Shown here one piece after another: positions 1-17,953 of a DNA stretch of 64,000 bases. The translations under genes were made by a program, and so were the position numbers. The notes below the pieces were generated by a model, which saw nothing but the letters and a program-made list of their open reading frames with translations, searched no databases and was not told where the DNA came from. This DNA is from the human T2T-CHM13v2.0 reference genome, Homo sapiens. Location: NCBI RefSeq assembly GCF_009914755.1, contig NC_060944.1. One strand, 5' to 3'. Position 1 is the first letter of the stretch, and every line of letters begins with the position of its first letter.

Positions 1-3803
<3,803 letters not shown>

Positions 3804-4186
3804 GACACTTCATTATGCTATTGTAATTCCTTTAAATTACTGCATTTTGACACTATTGTATTAATGTAGTACTGAGACCCTAACATACTACCAGGTATGG
3901 TCTCATTAGAACATTAAGACTATTATTTTCTGATATCTGACATCTGACATGTTGTGCTGTTGGTTTTTCCATTAGTGCAGGCTAATGGATGAGATAATTT
4001 TTAGTTGCAAAACCATAGAATACTTAACAGTCACCTAATCTTTATGTCTTCTTCTTCATCATTTCTTTCTAACAGAAAATACTGTCGGACCATGTCTTCC
4101 TCATCTTATATGTGGTTAATTGAGTCTCCAAGACACATTAATTCTAGTTCCCAGGTTTACATACACGTGTCAGAAGAGTTACAATT

Positions 4187-4612
4187 GGCTGGGCTTGGTG
4201 GCTCACGCCTGTAGTGCCAGCACTGTGGAAGTCCCTGGCTAGCTGATGATTTGAGATCAGCATGACTGACATGGTGAAACTGTGTCTCTACTAAAAATAC
4301 AAAAAAAAAATTAACTGGGCATGGTGGCACTGTGGCTCACGCCTGTAATCCCAGCACTTTGGGAGGCTGAGGGGGGCGGATCGTGAGTTCAGGAGAGTAA
4401 GACCATCCTGGCCAACATGGTGAAACCCCGTCTCTACTAAAAATACAAAAATAAGCTGGGCATGGTGGCACGCACCTGTAGTCCCAGCTACTCGGGAGGC
4501 TGAGGCAGTTGAGAATCGCTTGAACCCAGGAGGCGGAGGTTGCAGTGATCACGCCACTGCACTCCAGCGTGGTGACAGAGTGAGACTCCGTCTCAAAGCA
4601 AACAAACAAAAA
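4187..4612 (+). mobile_element. Chimeric Alu: degenerate left arm plus near-complete AluSc-like element
   Basis: Two left-arm/ACTAAAAATACAAAA units precede one right arm. Junction at ~4330. Confidence 0.88.
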
Positions 4613-4850
4613 GATACACAAACTCAGAAAATGGTTTCCAAAAAGCTAGTTTACTTGATGGTTTAAAGGTATGGGGAGAGTAACTAGTATTTGAATAGCT
4701 TAAATAAAAAATGTTTTGATTAACTAATGAAACATGGTGGGCTGAAGATCTTATATCAAAGAAAAGGGTGGTGGAGACCATTGTTTTATTTATTCATTCA
4801 TTTATTAAGTATTTATTTGTCACCACTTTAGTGCCAGGCATTGTACTCTT

Positions 4851-4888
4851 AAAAAAAAAGAGAGAGTGAGAGAGAGAGAGAGAAAAGA
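4851..4888 (+). repeat. A/(GA)n low-complexity tract
   Basis: aaaaaaaaagagagagtgagagagagagagagaaaag. Confidence 0.8.
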
Positions 4889-6714
4889 AATAGGTAGAGA
4901 ATCTAATTTAATCCGAGGTGTGGGAGGAGGAGGAGAGGATTAAAATGGAAGAAGGTAATGTCAGCCTCCTGCAAATTCTTTTCTCACTCTGTAATTCTTC
5001 CATATGGAGGAAAGGAAAGCAGAGTGCTGAAAGGATGAAGTAAAATCTGCAGAATTATTTCACCATTCAGCATTAGATTTATTAAAAAAGCATACAACTG
5101 AAAGTTTTCTAGGTTGAATTACTAACTTGCCTTCTTAGAAGAATCTGGATACTTAGTTTGCCTGAGGGAACAAATATTTGGAAAGGGCTTCCAACTTCAG
5201 GCTAAGACAAGTGAGAGGAGTTATAAGATCATTCAATCAGAATTAGTGTATAAGCAAATGTTGAGAAAATGCTGAGAATAGTTGATGAACAGTGAATCTT
5301 TATTAGCTGCTTGTTTACTTTTAAATCTCAGAGTAATTTTAAATATTAACATTGCTTAATGTTCAGCAATTTCCAAAAAGTTAATAATTTCATTGAAGTA
5401 TTGTTTCTTTCAAAGGTATTCAGATACATACATGGGCATAGTCATGCACGCACACACTGACAACACAGTCTTTGTTCACTTTGTTGCCAGTTGGCTTTTT
5501 TATATGGAATGTAGCTGGGCAGTGGTGAGAGGCAGGTTATCCACTAGTGGACAAGTGACCATAATTTAATTTTGAAAGGACTGAAAATTAATTGCTGTGA
5601 GTAGCCTATAAATAAAACGACACTACTTGAGTACTTGTTTGAGAATAATAATAATATTTGCTCTAAGTTTTAGCCATCTCTTTTTCAGCAATATTTTTTC
5701 TCCTTCCTTAAACTAATTGGTTGTGCGAAAACATGTGGTTGGTACCACTGTAAAGAAATATGTTTGCATAATATAAATTTAATCTGAAATTAACTCTTAA
5801 GAAAATGAAATGGAATTTACTTCACATTAATTGTGTTTAGGTTAGCCAATAATTGTATTAGAGAACATTAGTACTTCAAAATACTATCATTTTGAATGAA
5901 TTGCTGTCATATTTAACAACATTTTGGAGTACCTGAGTTCTGCCTCATGAGTACATCAGAAAAAATAATCAGTAAGTTTTAAGTAAGACTTATTTAAATT
6001 TAAATACTAATTTAAATGAGTTAAGTAAGAGTTACATATTGTTTTAAATACAGTGAAATGTAAGCAAGAATCTATTCTTAAATGAAGTCATTGTTACTAT
6101 AATACAGAGTTTTTGTCATATAAAGTTTGTGAGGAGCTGGGGGTAATGTAGGGTAGAACGTGGAGCAAGAGTCTGTGTTGGATATTGGAGGCCATTAGAG
6201 GCCTTTGCATACTTCCAGGCAGGGCAGGGGAGAATATCAAAATGATGTTTGAAGAAAAAATTCTAATTGATGTGTTGTGCATGGGGTACTAAAGGCTTAT
6301 CACTGAGTAAGAAATAACATTTTTGGAGTTAGAGCAAATATAATTTCCCCTTCTAGTTTCTTACGACAGAGAAGGAAAATAATTTCCTTTTCACAGACTA
6401 TCTTCTCTCCTCTTCCTAAAAACAAAAACAAACAAACAAAAACAAGTGTGATATTTTATTGACCAGCTTACATCTAGGACAATCATACCTTTTCTTCCAT
6501 TACCATTATGCTTGATTTAGTTGGGTAATAGTCATTCTTCTACTCTGTGAATTGCAGTAAATTTCTTGGTAGATTTATGTTACCTTAAGTTGATTTTTTT
6601 TTCTTGTGATAATAGTCATAACAACTTTAATAAAACATAGCAATATACAGATTCCCTGTATTTTATCAGATAATTTACTTGCTTTTGCATAATTAGTCTG
6701 CAAAGATTTGCTTC

Positions 6715-6830
6715 TATTTTTGCAGATGGAGAATTTAAGTCTCAGAGAGGCTTGTAACTTCCTTGTGGTCCCTCAGTTGATAAGAGACAGGGGCAGGATT
6801 TGAATGACAAAGTATTTGACTCTTCATGAT
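6715..6830 (-). mobile_element. MIR fragment
   Basis: tttgcagatggagaa...tctcagagagg...ggcaggatttgaa matches the MIR core. Confidence 0.65.
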
Positions 6831-8224
6831 ACTCTAATACTGTTTAATTGTAACCTATCTTTTCTTTTACAAGACACATGTATGTAATACACAAAATTTA
6901 CATCCAAGAGATGTGAAAGCATAGATTTTTTTCTTTCTGAATCCACATTTTAAATGAATGGTGTGGTACATGAGGTTCTTTCCTACACTTGGGAAATGTA
7001 TGGCACTAACGCGGAAACATTTCTAAGTTAGTTTGTCACATGGGGATTCAATCAGGAATAACTGTGTGACCTTTAAGAAAATTAAGATTGGCTGTCAGAG
7101 GGAAATTTCTATCCTACCCTATGGGATAGTCTTACAGAGAAAGAGGGTATCACTTTCAATTCTCAATAAAGAATGGTAACTTATTAACCTAGAACATGTG
7201 TTTATTACTGAATATAGTCATTTTAATAATGGGAGAATATTCTATGATATCTTTCCTATTTTTAATGTCTATTTAGAACTTTAATTTATCACATACAGAA
7301 AAACATGATCTAAAGCCTTCAAGGATCTGGTTCACTACATGAATGAGTTTTTAAAATTTGGAGAAATTCAGAAATCAAGAAGTACATATATAATGATAGG
7401 CCAAAGGATATCATAATTTAGCCACATTCGTAGTTACTTAAAGACACCAAAGAAATACTGTAGGAGTTTATGATTTTAATATCTTTTGGAAGATATATGC
7501 TTAATGTGCTTTTTAATAGGAAATTTTGAAGCTTTTCCTAAGGTTGAATATAAAATATTGGTTCAAGAATTATGATTGTGCAATGCCTAATAAAAAGAAC
7601 ATTCTGTGAAAAATGAGTAGATGGTAGAGGAATGCCACCTAGAAGAACTTTGTTAGAAACTAGATTAGCAGGTATCTGACTAGGACCAAGGATCTCTTCC
7701 CCAAGTATAAAGGGGCCAAGAAAATTATCTCAAAGTTCTGAAGATTGACACAGGCACATTTAGCCCATTTAGGTCATGAGTTTGTAAAGCTTGTGTGTTT
7801 GATGAAGTTCAACATTTTTAGAAAGCTCTAGCAGTTTATAAAAGCAATAAAACATTTCACCTTTTTAAGCATCTTTGTAGGAAAAAAAACTTCCATATAC
7901 TATCATGACACCGACCCTCTTTGGGATGACGTTATTGCATTAGTCGATCATTATTTCTCCTTAAATATAACCCAGGAGATAAAGCTGTGAAGATAGCATG
8001 TTTTATAAAAGCTAAAAGTTATTGTGAATTCTTCTGAATCAATAATTGAAAAGAAACTGAAGGGAAAATTTTTATATAGCAGCAGTTTCCAAGTTATTAC
8101 TTTTAGGAAACTTTTATACTTTAAAAAGTTATTGAGGCCCCCAAACAGCTTTACTTTATATGCATTTTATAATTAACATTTTTTAGTTTAGAAATGTTTA
8201 AAATATTAATTCACTAAAATACTA

Positions 8225-8795
8225 CTAGTCTTTACCCAAGAAAATCACAAAGATAATTCACACAAAATTTGTACACAAATGTTCATAATTTTTCATAATA
8301 GCCAAAAAATGGAAACAAACCAAAGGCCCATCAGCTGATCAATGGATAAATCAAATGCAATATATCCATACAATGGAATTATTTGCCCATAAAAATGAAT
8401 GAAGTACTGATATTTATTACAGTATGGATAAACCTTGAAAACATCATGCTAAAAGAATACAGACACAAAAGGTAACATATTGTATCATTCCATTTACATG
8501 AAATGTCCAGAATAGGCAAATCCATAGAAACAGAAGTAGATTAGTTGGTGCCAGGGAGTGGGGATAGTGGAGAATGGGGATTAACTGTGTATGGGTATAG
8601 CGTTTCTTTTTGGGATGTTCAAAATATCTAGAATTAGATAGTGGTAATACTTTTGCAACTTTGTGAATATATTTAAAACTGCTGAATTGTATATTTTTTA
8701 CTTTATTTTTTTAAAGGTCATCTTGGCTTCAGATGAATTCTGTACTTTACAATGGTGAATTTTATGGTATGTGAGTTCTATCTCAATTAAAAATA
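8225..8795 (+). mobile_element. L1MB (L1MB7/8-like) 3' end
   Basis: gtccagaataggcaaatccatagaaacagaagtagattag...ggtgaattttatggtatgtgag...tctcaattaaaa. Confidence 0.8.
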
Positions 8796-8804
8796 TAATA
8801 AGCA

Positions 8805-9142
<338 letters not shown>

Positions 9143-9474
9143 TTATATATTTTTATGAAAAACAAATGTGTATTCCAAAGAAAAATATTAATGAGTAGCA
9201 TTGCTTTACATTTTCTACATACCTTTTTGCTGTTTGGCTTCATGAGAATAATTGGATTCTATGTTTGCTTCTACATTCAATTTATTGTAATATATTGTTT
9301 TGGTTGAATTATATAAGAAATTCTCGCCATATGCACATATATAGTTAGAAAAGAGAGGAGTATCGTAATAAATTATTCAGATAATTATAGATATTTTTCT
9401 TTGATATTGTGACAAAATTTGTTGTGTGATGATTCTTAAAGGTTAGTTGAATGTAGAATTTCAAATCTCCAAAT

Positions 9475-10250
9475 AGTGCTGACTTGACTGCAGTTATTCA
9501 AAGGTTAGACTGGGCTAGGAAGTTGAAGATGACTGACTCACGTGGCTGGCAGTTGGAGTTGACTGTCTGCTGGATGGTCAGTGTTTTCCTTGGTTATGAC
9601 CTCTCCATGTGACCTGGGCTTCTTACAGCCTGATGGGTGGATTCCAAAATGAAATGTTCCGTGAGAAAGTGAGAAAGTTGAAGCTAAGCCATCAATGTTT
9701 TAAAGGCTTGTATTCGGCCATTCTTGGATTGCTTTAAATACCGGAGACTGGGTAATTTAAAAATAAAAGAGGTTTAATTGGCTCATGGTTCTGTAGGCTT
9801 TGTGGGAAGCGTGGTGCTGGCACTCAACTTCTAGGGAGGCCTCAAGAAGCTTACAATCATGGTGGAAGGCAAAGGAGGAGCAGGCGTGTCACATGGTGAA
9901 ATGGAGCAAGCAAGAGAGAGAAGTGTGAGGGTTGCTACACACTTTTAAATGACCAGTTCACGTGAGAACTCACAATCACAAAGACAGCACCAGGCCATGA
10001 GGGATCTGCTCCCATGTTCCAAACACTTCCCACTAGGCCCCACCTCTAACAGTGGGCATTACAATTCACCATGAGATTTGGGTGGGGACAGATATTCAAT
10101 GTATATTGAAGCCCAGCCTCAGAAATCACAGTGTCATGTTCCCTACATCATACTGGACACAACTGTAGGGCCAGCCCATATTTGAGGACAGTAGAAATAG
10201 ACCCTGCTTCTTGATGGGAAGAGTGGCAAATAATTTGCAGCTAGTTCCAT
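9475..10250 (-). mobile_element. MLT1 (MaLR) LTR interrupted by an MST LTR
   Basis: tcacgtggctggcagttgg...ctctccatgtgacctgggcttcttacagc, resuming at 10110 with cctcagaaatcacagtgtca...cttcttgatgggaagagtggcaaa. Confidence 0.7.
9709..10108 (-). mobile_element. MSTA/MSTB-like MaLR solo LTR
   Basis: gagactgggtaattt...agaggtttaattggctcatggttctg...catggtggaaggcaaaggaggagcagg...catgagatttgggtggggaca. Confidence 0.85.
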
Positions 10251-10811
10251 GATACAACCTTTTCTGACATTTTGAATGCCATAGGCATGTGGGAGCTTGG
10301 GATATACTATGATTAAGTATTATTTTTATACTATTGCAACTTCTGCTTTGAAATGAACATCTTAACTGGATGCTTTTGTTTGAATTATTTAAAATTTATT
10401 GTCAAATGCAATAAATTTAGTGCAATGAGAACTAAGAGTGCCTCATGGCTTTTGATTACCTGCCCTTCCTTTTACATTTGTGACATTATTGTTCAGTTTT
10501 TAAATTATCATTGATAATTACTTAAGAACAATTTTTTTCAATATGGTATAAAAAATGGAATATTAAGTGTCCACTCCAATATCAGTCTGTTGTTCTTAGA
10601 ATGAACATCTCCACTTCCTGTCAATGTTTATTCTCCAAGAGTGCCTTGGTTTTGCACTTACAGGTTATCTATCAGCAATAGTTATAAGAAGATATGCTAG
10701 AGATTAATTCATGTATTTACTTAATTACAATCTCCTTTGGAAGAAATTAAACCCACAAAACATGAAATAAAAATTTGTTTTTTAATGTGGAGACAAAAGG
10801 GTGAGCACACA

Positions 10812-10949
10812 ATTTTTTTTTTTATTTTTAGTAGAGATGGGGTTTCACCATGTTGGCCAGGCTGCTCTCAAACTCCTGACCTCAGGTGATCTGCCTACCT
10901 TGGCATACCAAAGTGCTGGGATTACAGGAATGAGCCACCATGCCCAGCC
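10812..10949 (-). mobile_element. Alu left arm only (half Alu)
   Basis: Left monomer ending in the middle A-rich linker plus an A run; no right arm. Confidence 0.9.
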
Positions 10950-12268
10950 ATACAAAAGAGAAGAATTTTTTAAAACTGGCTACAGTCTTCAAATTGCTTT
11001 TCCTGTATCCCAAACTTAAAGTGCTGATAAAATGCCTTTTAAGTTTTCTGTTAGTTTCTCCAGGAAAGGTGGTATCTGACATAGGCCCAGGTTGGAAATG
11101 CTTACATGTTTTTAAGCATTTATGTAATTTGGGAATTTTGATCATTGTCAAAGCATGCTAGAAGCATCATTCTTTCAGCTGCCCTTAGAAGTTGCTTCTA
11201 GAAATCTGCTTTAAAATTGCCATGTGAAAGGCTTATTTCTGCTGTATAAAAAATAAAGCTTTCTTTCCATTGCAAAATGGCAGTGTCTGTAGATTGTTAG
11301 TAGAGGTGTTGGGTTGGACATGACTGCTGTTACTGATCAGGATAGGTAATGCACTGTGCTTTCTTAAAAGAGCAATATTAGAAAACTGCAGCTTGATTGA
11401 CAGCTCAGCATACTGAAAATCTTAATGCTAAATTTGTTTAAAAATATTTGGTGGAAAGACATTATAAAACTTAAAACTCAGGGTTCAAAATTTCTCCAGA
11501 ATATTTTTGTCTACTCTAAGTATTTGTAGTACCAAAGCATAATTGGTCACCATTGCCATTTGAAACAGCAAATTACCTTAGTGTGGTATAATGGTGTCCC
11601 TCTGAAACCCTCTGGATATTTTAGCCACATCTGAAAACTCAGCATGTGGATTTTAAATATTCTTGAGAGGAAGATAGAATTCTGAGGCATAATTTTAGCT
11701 GAATTTGTATTGGTAACTAAACTCTCATTAAGATGGGTTGCCAGATTAGATCTGAGCTAGGGTGTAGCTGCCACACCTTTGTACCGTGTGTAGCACAAAG
11801 AGGTGCAGCCCTTGTGATCACAGAGTGTTCTAAATTGCATAATACTTTCTAAAGGCCTGTAGCAATCTCAGTGCATTTCTTAAATTCTATGAGTGCCCCC
11901 CATTTACTTTGATTTTATGTTGGCCTAACTAGATGGTTTGTTTCTCTGTTTAGTTTTGGTTGCTGGTTTATTTTGGAGAGTTCACACTTCACTGGGAAAG
12001 TTTTAAGTTTTCTTGTATAGAAATAACTTGGTAATGTTACATTATTAGACATTATTATAACAAACTCTTGATTATATGGCATCAGATAAGCTTGTTTATG
12101 GATTGATTGTAAAAACTCTGAAAAATGTAAATTCTTAGAAGTCATCAAAAAATAAACACATTAAAATAAATCTGTTATTTGGAACTCTATAGTAACCAAC
12201 AAAGCCCAGATTCTCTCTATTGCACAGTTGGCACACTCTTTCCCCCTCAGAAAGGAAATAAAAAAATA

Positions 12269-12620
12269 CAGGTTTAGTATCTCTTATCTGGAATGCTTGG
12301 AACCAGAGTGTTTCAGATTTGGGATTTTTTCTGATTTTGGAATATCTGGTTATACATAATGAGATATCTTGGGGATGAGACCCAAGTCTAAACACTTAAT
12401 TCATCTCTATTTTATACATACTTTGTAACCATAACTTGAAGGTAATTTTATACAATATTTTAAATAATTTTGTGCATGAAACAATATATTGAACCATCAG
12501 AAAGCAAGGGCGTCAGGCATCGAATTTTCCACTTGTGATGTCATATTGGTCACAACAAAAAGTTTCGAATTTTGGAGCATTTCAGATTTTTAGATTTTTG
12601 GATTAGGGCTGCTTAACCTG
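12269..12620. mobile_element. Tigger4b-like TcMar MITE with TIRs and TA TSD
   Basis: TA|caggtttagtatctctta ... tagggctgcttaacctg|TA. Confidence 0.85.
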
Positions 12621-14533
12621 TATATTGGAAAGGAACCCTATTCAGTTATTTTGTAGTGTTAACTTTTGAGTTAATAAGTCTCCTCTATTAGGATGATTTC
12701 TTTTAACTTGATCATAAGCATGCCTCTTAAATGGAGAGTAAAAAACAATAAAAAAAACTAAACTTAGAAAAAAAAAAAACTTGAGGACTTTTCTTCCTCC
12801 CTTTTTCCCCCATCTCCAGTCCCTCACTTTATGGGAAGGTTGTATCATGGTTTTTGGGTATGGATAACTTTATTAACCCACCATTGGTAGAATATGCACT
12901 GGAGTGGTAATAGATTGTGTTGAGACCATTAACAATTATATTTTCTCATTCAGTCCCTCTCCCACAACTACCAGTGATAGTTGTTGATGTGATTAGTGAC
13001 CTCTATGGTCCTGCTACAGTTATGTATATCTTTGTACAAAGCTGACTGTATACTGGGATGGAACTTTGGGATAGTGACTTTGTTATTATCTTGTCACTGA
13101 TGTTAGAAATAGGGACAGACTCTGCAGCCAAAAAAAAAAAAAAGTGAAACACAATTCTGTAGAAATGGAATTTTCTACACAGGAACACTGTTAGGAGGTT
13201 TTTCTTATATGTTCACTAGCATTTTGGGAGTCAATTCATTATTTTTGTAGAACAGGAGCGTGAACCACAGAGGGAAGAAAAATAAACCCAATTGATTCCA
13301 AGAATTTAAAAATTACTATCAACATTATAATAGTTTTAAAAATTGCATAGCTATTCTGATGTCTTCTAGCAATTAATGCCACCAAACTTATGGGAGAAGT
13401 CTTTTTTTCTCTCTCAGAAGTATGCTGTTTTTAGCATTTCTGTGCTTTAGTTTTTCATTAGTTTCAAGTACTTTTTCCTCTTTATAAAGTATGCTGTTTT
13501 ACATGAGCTTTTCTATAAAAATAAACATAAGCAAAAACTACAATGGGTTTTTGTTATAATAGCTGGCTATTCTACTCATATTCTCTCTAAGATTCTTGAG
13601 TTGCTTTAAGCCAACAACCGAAATCCATTATTAGAATGTTCCCCCTGCCAGGTTTTTATTACTAATACATTGTTTATTTTTAATCATCTTTTGAATTATT
13701 GACTATTTTATGGTGTCTCATAATAGCAATTTCTATTTGTTTTATGTACTTCATAGAGTAGATTTTGTTTTTCTGCCTCACTCCATTATATATAATGGCT
13801 TAGCTTTGAAATCTTTGCTTGATATAGAGGATGTTAATTTGCTTTAACACATTACTATCTAAAATAGCTCAGGTTTTGTATGGTCTTGTAAAAGCTTTAT
13901 CTCGAAATGCTCTGAAAGATGCTTTATTTTTTACTCTCTATTTAAAAAAGAAGTTTAAATTTCCTCCTGATATTCTTGTCTCATGCCAGGATATTAAGCA
14001 GATGCTCAGATTGGCTCAGCTAGGTGATATTAAAATGTATAGATTCAGATTTCAAAGCAATTAATAACTTTCACTCTGACATTATTCTTCCAATATTTTA
14101 TTCCTACTCCATGACCTAAGTCTTCTAACGGTTGTTTTGCTACTTAATCTCTAGCTAATTATTTCTTTTCTCCTCATCCTGACTGCATTGAGTGATAGGT
14201 CTATTTTCTGTAGGCTTGCCTGCATTTCTTAACTGAACCCCTAGAGTACTGTGTCCTATCCTACTCTCTTCAATTCTTCCCCAATGAGGCATGACCAAGA
14301 GATTGTTGTATCCTTAAGAGGCAAATTCTTAGAATGGAGTGGCAGATGGATATATAAGAATCACCAGTGCAGTGATAATGGAAATTCAACTTCAATTAGA
14401 TTTTAAAGTTGGTTGCCTCCAAAAAGTCTAGAAGTGAATTGAATAGAGCTATTTGCCCTATTAGGATTTTGTTCCTTGCTACCAAGTTGTCAGGGGAGGT
14501 GATTACAAAATTGGAGGAATCCATGATTAGGAA

Positions 14534-14565
<32 letters not shown>

Positions 14566-14583
14566 CATGGTGATGATGATCAT
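14534..14583 (+). repeat. (ATG)n trinucleotide microsatellite, 10 pure units plus degenerate tail
   Basis: Directly visible. Confidence 0.95.
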
Positions 14584-14679
14584 TGCAGCCTACGTTTATC
14601 AAAACTTATATATTTGGCACTGAGTTAATTAAGCCTTTTATGCACTATTTTGAGCATCTGTTGGTTGTGCTTAATATTA

Positions 14680-15298
14680 ATAAACTAGTTTTCTATTACT
14701 ATGTAATAAATTACCACAAACTTAGGGGCTTAATACAACCCACATTCATTATCTTAGTTTCTGTGGGTCAGAAGTCTGGGCACAACTCAGTTGAGTCTTC
14801 TGTTTAGGTTCCCACAAGGCTGCAATCAAGGTTTGAGCCAGGGCTAGATTCTCATTTACAGGCTCAACTTAGAAAGGATCTGCTTTCTTGGTCTTCTGGT
14901 TTTTGGCAGTATTAAGTTTCTTGTGATTGTTGGACTGAGAGCTTTATTTTTTGTTGACTGCTAGCCAGAGGCTACCCTCGGCTCTTAGAGATCACCCTCA
15001 GTTCCTTGACATGTGGCATTTTCCAGCATGGCTGCTTGGTTCCTCCCAGCCATCCCTGGGAGAGAGAAATATTCCTGAAGGACAGATGTTACAATCTTAT
15101 ATAATGTAATCATGTACACTGATCATCAACAATCTATCATCTTTTCCATATTCTATTGCTTAGAAATAAGTCATAGGTCCCACCCCTACTTAAGAGGAAA
15201 GGATTATACAAGGTGTGACCACAGGGAGGTAGGAATCAGGGGCATTACCTTAGATAAGGTACACCCTACAAGGTAGGGTGTACCTTGTACACCACCAA
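14680..15298 (-). mobile_element. MLT1E/F-like MaLR LTR
   Basis: aaattaccacaaacttaggggcttaatacaac...gtttctgtgggtcagaagtctgggcac...ggctgcaatcaagg. Confidence 0.8.
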
Positions 15299-15299
15299 G

Positions 15300-15605
15300 A
15301 GATTGCTATTTGTCTTCCAATATCTTTCCTTCTTCTTCCCCACCTGAGAAATAGAACTACTAATTCATTATTAGTTAAATATATGGTCACCTGGAATACA
15401 GAGTTTATTCCCTAGTTTCCCTCGTAGCTAGGTATGGCCATTGTGAGTAAGTGTGGCAGAGGAGTAAGATAAAAGAGTCTAGGACTCTGAGGATTTTGTG
15501 AAGTTACTCTATCAGTTTTTTGAAGATTCTTTACTCCTGACTTCTTTCAGGTGAGAGAAAAATAAACTTTTATTTTGCTTAAGCCATTGTTATTTTTGGC
15601 TGTCC
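15300..15605 (+). mobile_element. Old MLT1 (J/K-like) LTR fragment
   Basis: gtagctaggtatggcca...gtgagagaaaaataaacttttattttgcttaagccattgttattttt. Confidence 0.6.
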
Positions 15606-16682
15606 CTTGTAGGACACCTCCTTTAGACCCTCCTCTGCTGGCCAGCCCCAGAACAGGGTGTCTTATCCTGGTCCTGCCCAAGTGTGATCACCCTGTGGGA
15701 CAGGAGCTGGTCTCTTCAGCCCAGCCTCTCCATGAGGAAAAGTTCACTTCTTAACACCATGGGAGGTGAACCCAATCTTAACTTTGTTCTTTTCTGTCAT
15801 CTCTTCTCCCCTTTCCTCTTTTCAAGAGCCCTTCATTTCCATTTTGTAGTGTGTGTGTTTTTCAAGGAACTTGAAATCACCCCAGGTCCAGGTTTAAACC
15901 AACCAGGACATTCTGTTCTCTGACTCAGTGGTGAAAGCATGACATATGCCAGTCTAATCAGAGTGAATCTTAAAACATTTACTGAGAAATCGTGGCAATA
16001 CTTGTATGTAGTGATAGTTCTGAGTAACCATATTTTCCATGCCAGCCGCCAATTCTGTCCTAAGGAGAAACAGACTTTACCTGACCCTTGAGCCTGTTGC
16101 TTGACAGAGATGGCTCATGGGGCATATAAACAACCCAGCTACTTCCTTATATTAACCAATATTTAGGGGGTAGTCTAGGGGAAGCTTCCACACCAGCCCT
16201 GAGGTTAGAAATAGCATGTAAGGGAGGACTCAGAGAATTGCTCTGTCTCCTTGACTGCAACAGTATTAGTCATGGCTGACTCAGGTAGAACTGGGGGACT
16301 CTATTCAGTACAGATCTTAGAGACCATTGTGTGAGTACTAAGATTTGGTGTCCCTGTGCTTGTGGATTCATGCAGATGTCACAGGATATTGGAATGCTAA
16401 AGTGATTCATCCCGTTCAAGTAACAGATCCTTCCTAAATTGTCTATCAGTCTCCACACCTATAATCTTGAATTTATTATTACTTTAAAAAATTACAAAAG
16501 TAACCCTTGCTCACTGTAGTAAATTGAACAATACAAAGGTGTGGCCTCTGTGTAAAACAGATGCTTGCTTTCTCAGGAAGTCTTCTGCCCTTCAGTATTC
16601 CTTTCACATACTCCTTTTAGCCTTACATTGATAAAATGTTTACTTTTTAAAAACTAACATTGATTCAATGCTTCTCATAGTC

Positions 16683-16987
16683 TGTTTGTTTGTTTTTGTT
16701 TTTGAGACAGAGTCTTGCTGTGTCACCCAGGCTGCTGGAGTACAGTGGCATGATCGCAGCTTACTGCAGCCTTGTTCTCCTGGGCTAAGGTGAACCTCCC
16801 ACCTCAGCCTCCCAGGTTGCTGGGACTATAGGCGCATGCCACTATGCCTGGCTAATTTCTGCATTTTTGGTAGAGACAGGGTCTCACTATGTTGCCCAGT
16901 CTGGTCTTGAACTCCTGGGCTCAAGTGATCTACCAGCCTTGCCTCCCAAAGTGGTGGGATTACAGGTGTGTGCCACCATGCCTGACT
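16683..16987 (-). mobile_element. AluJ
   Basis: Full dimer with J diagnostics (gggtctcactatgttgccc, ctgggctcaagtgatc). Confidence 0.93.
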
Positions 16988-17320
16988 CTGCTTTTCCTGT
17001 TCAATATTTCAATGATTACAGGGTTTTAAAATATTTTTGACCTAAACAAATAATAATTTATTAATTCCAAAATAGATAAAGTTGTCAGCATTCTGGAGAT
17101 AAAATCAAAGTAAGGATTCACTAGTTTTTCCCCAGTAGGAACTTACAGCTAAGTTAGGGCATGAAACGTTTAAATAAGTCAAACAGTGAGGGAGAAGGTG
17201 CTAATCATGCACTAAAGAAAGTGAAAAGGAAAGTGCATCTGTTTTTGGTTTGGCAGTTACCACCACAGCTGTTTTCTAGTGCTGTATGTATAAAAAGAGA
17301 AGGCAATGATTTGGAATGGT

Positions 17321-17436
17321 CATTACCTGGGTAACAAAATAATCTGTACACCAAACCCCTGTGACGTGCAGTTTACCTATACAGCAAATCTGCACATATA
17401 CTTCTCAACCTAAAATGAAAGTTAAAAAAATTAAAA
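17321..17436 (+). mobile_element. Short old L1PA/L1PB 3' end
   Basis: tacctgggtaacaaaataatctgtacaccaaacccctgtgac...ctgcacat...cctaaaatgaaagttaaaaaaa. Confidence 0.8.
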
Positions 17437-17648
17437 GATAGTTACATAGTATAAAAAAGAAGTTTCTTAAAGGAGAGATGGGACTGAAGTTGGGTCTTAC
17501 ACCAAACAAGGGAGGACAGAGAGAATTGGGGCTGCTTTAAGAATCTTGGCCCAAAACAGAGCAGCTGTCCTCAGACCTACCTGAGCACCCAGGCCACAGC
17601 CAACCTCAGATCAAAAGGGATGGAATCTCAGGAGACTGACCAAGGTAG

Positions 17649-17953
<305 letters not shown>

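Noticed and set aside
14396-14602. Minus-strand ORF with a poly-His tract
   Set aside because: It is the translation of the (ATG)n microsatellite, with no other coding features.
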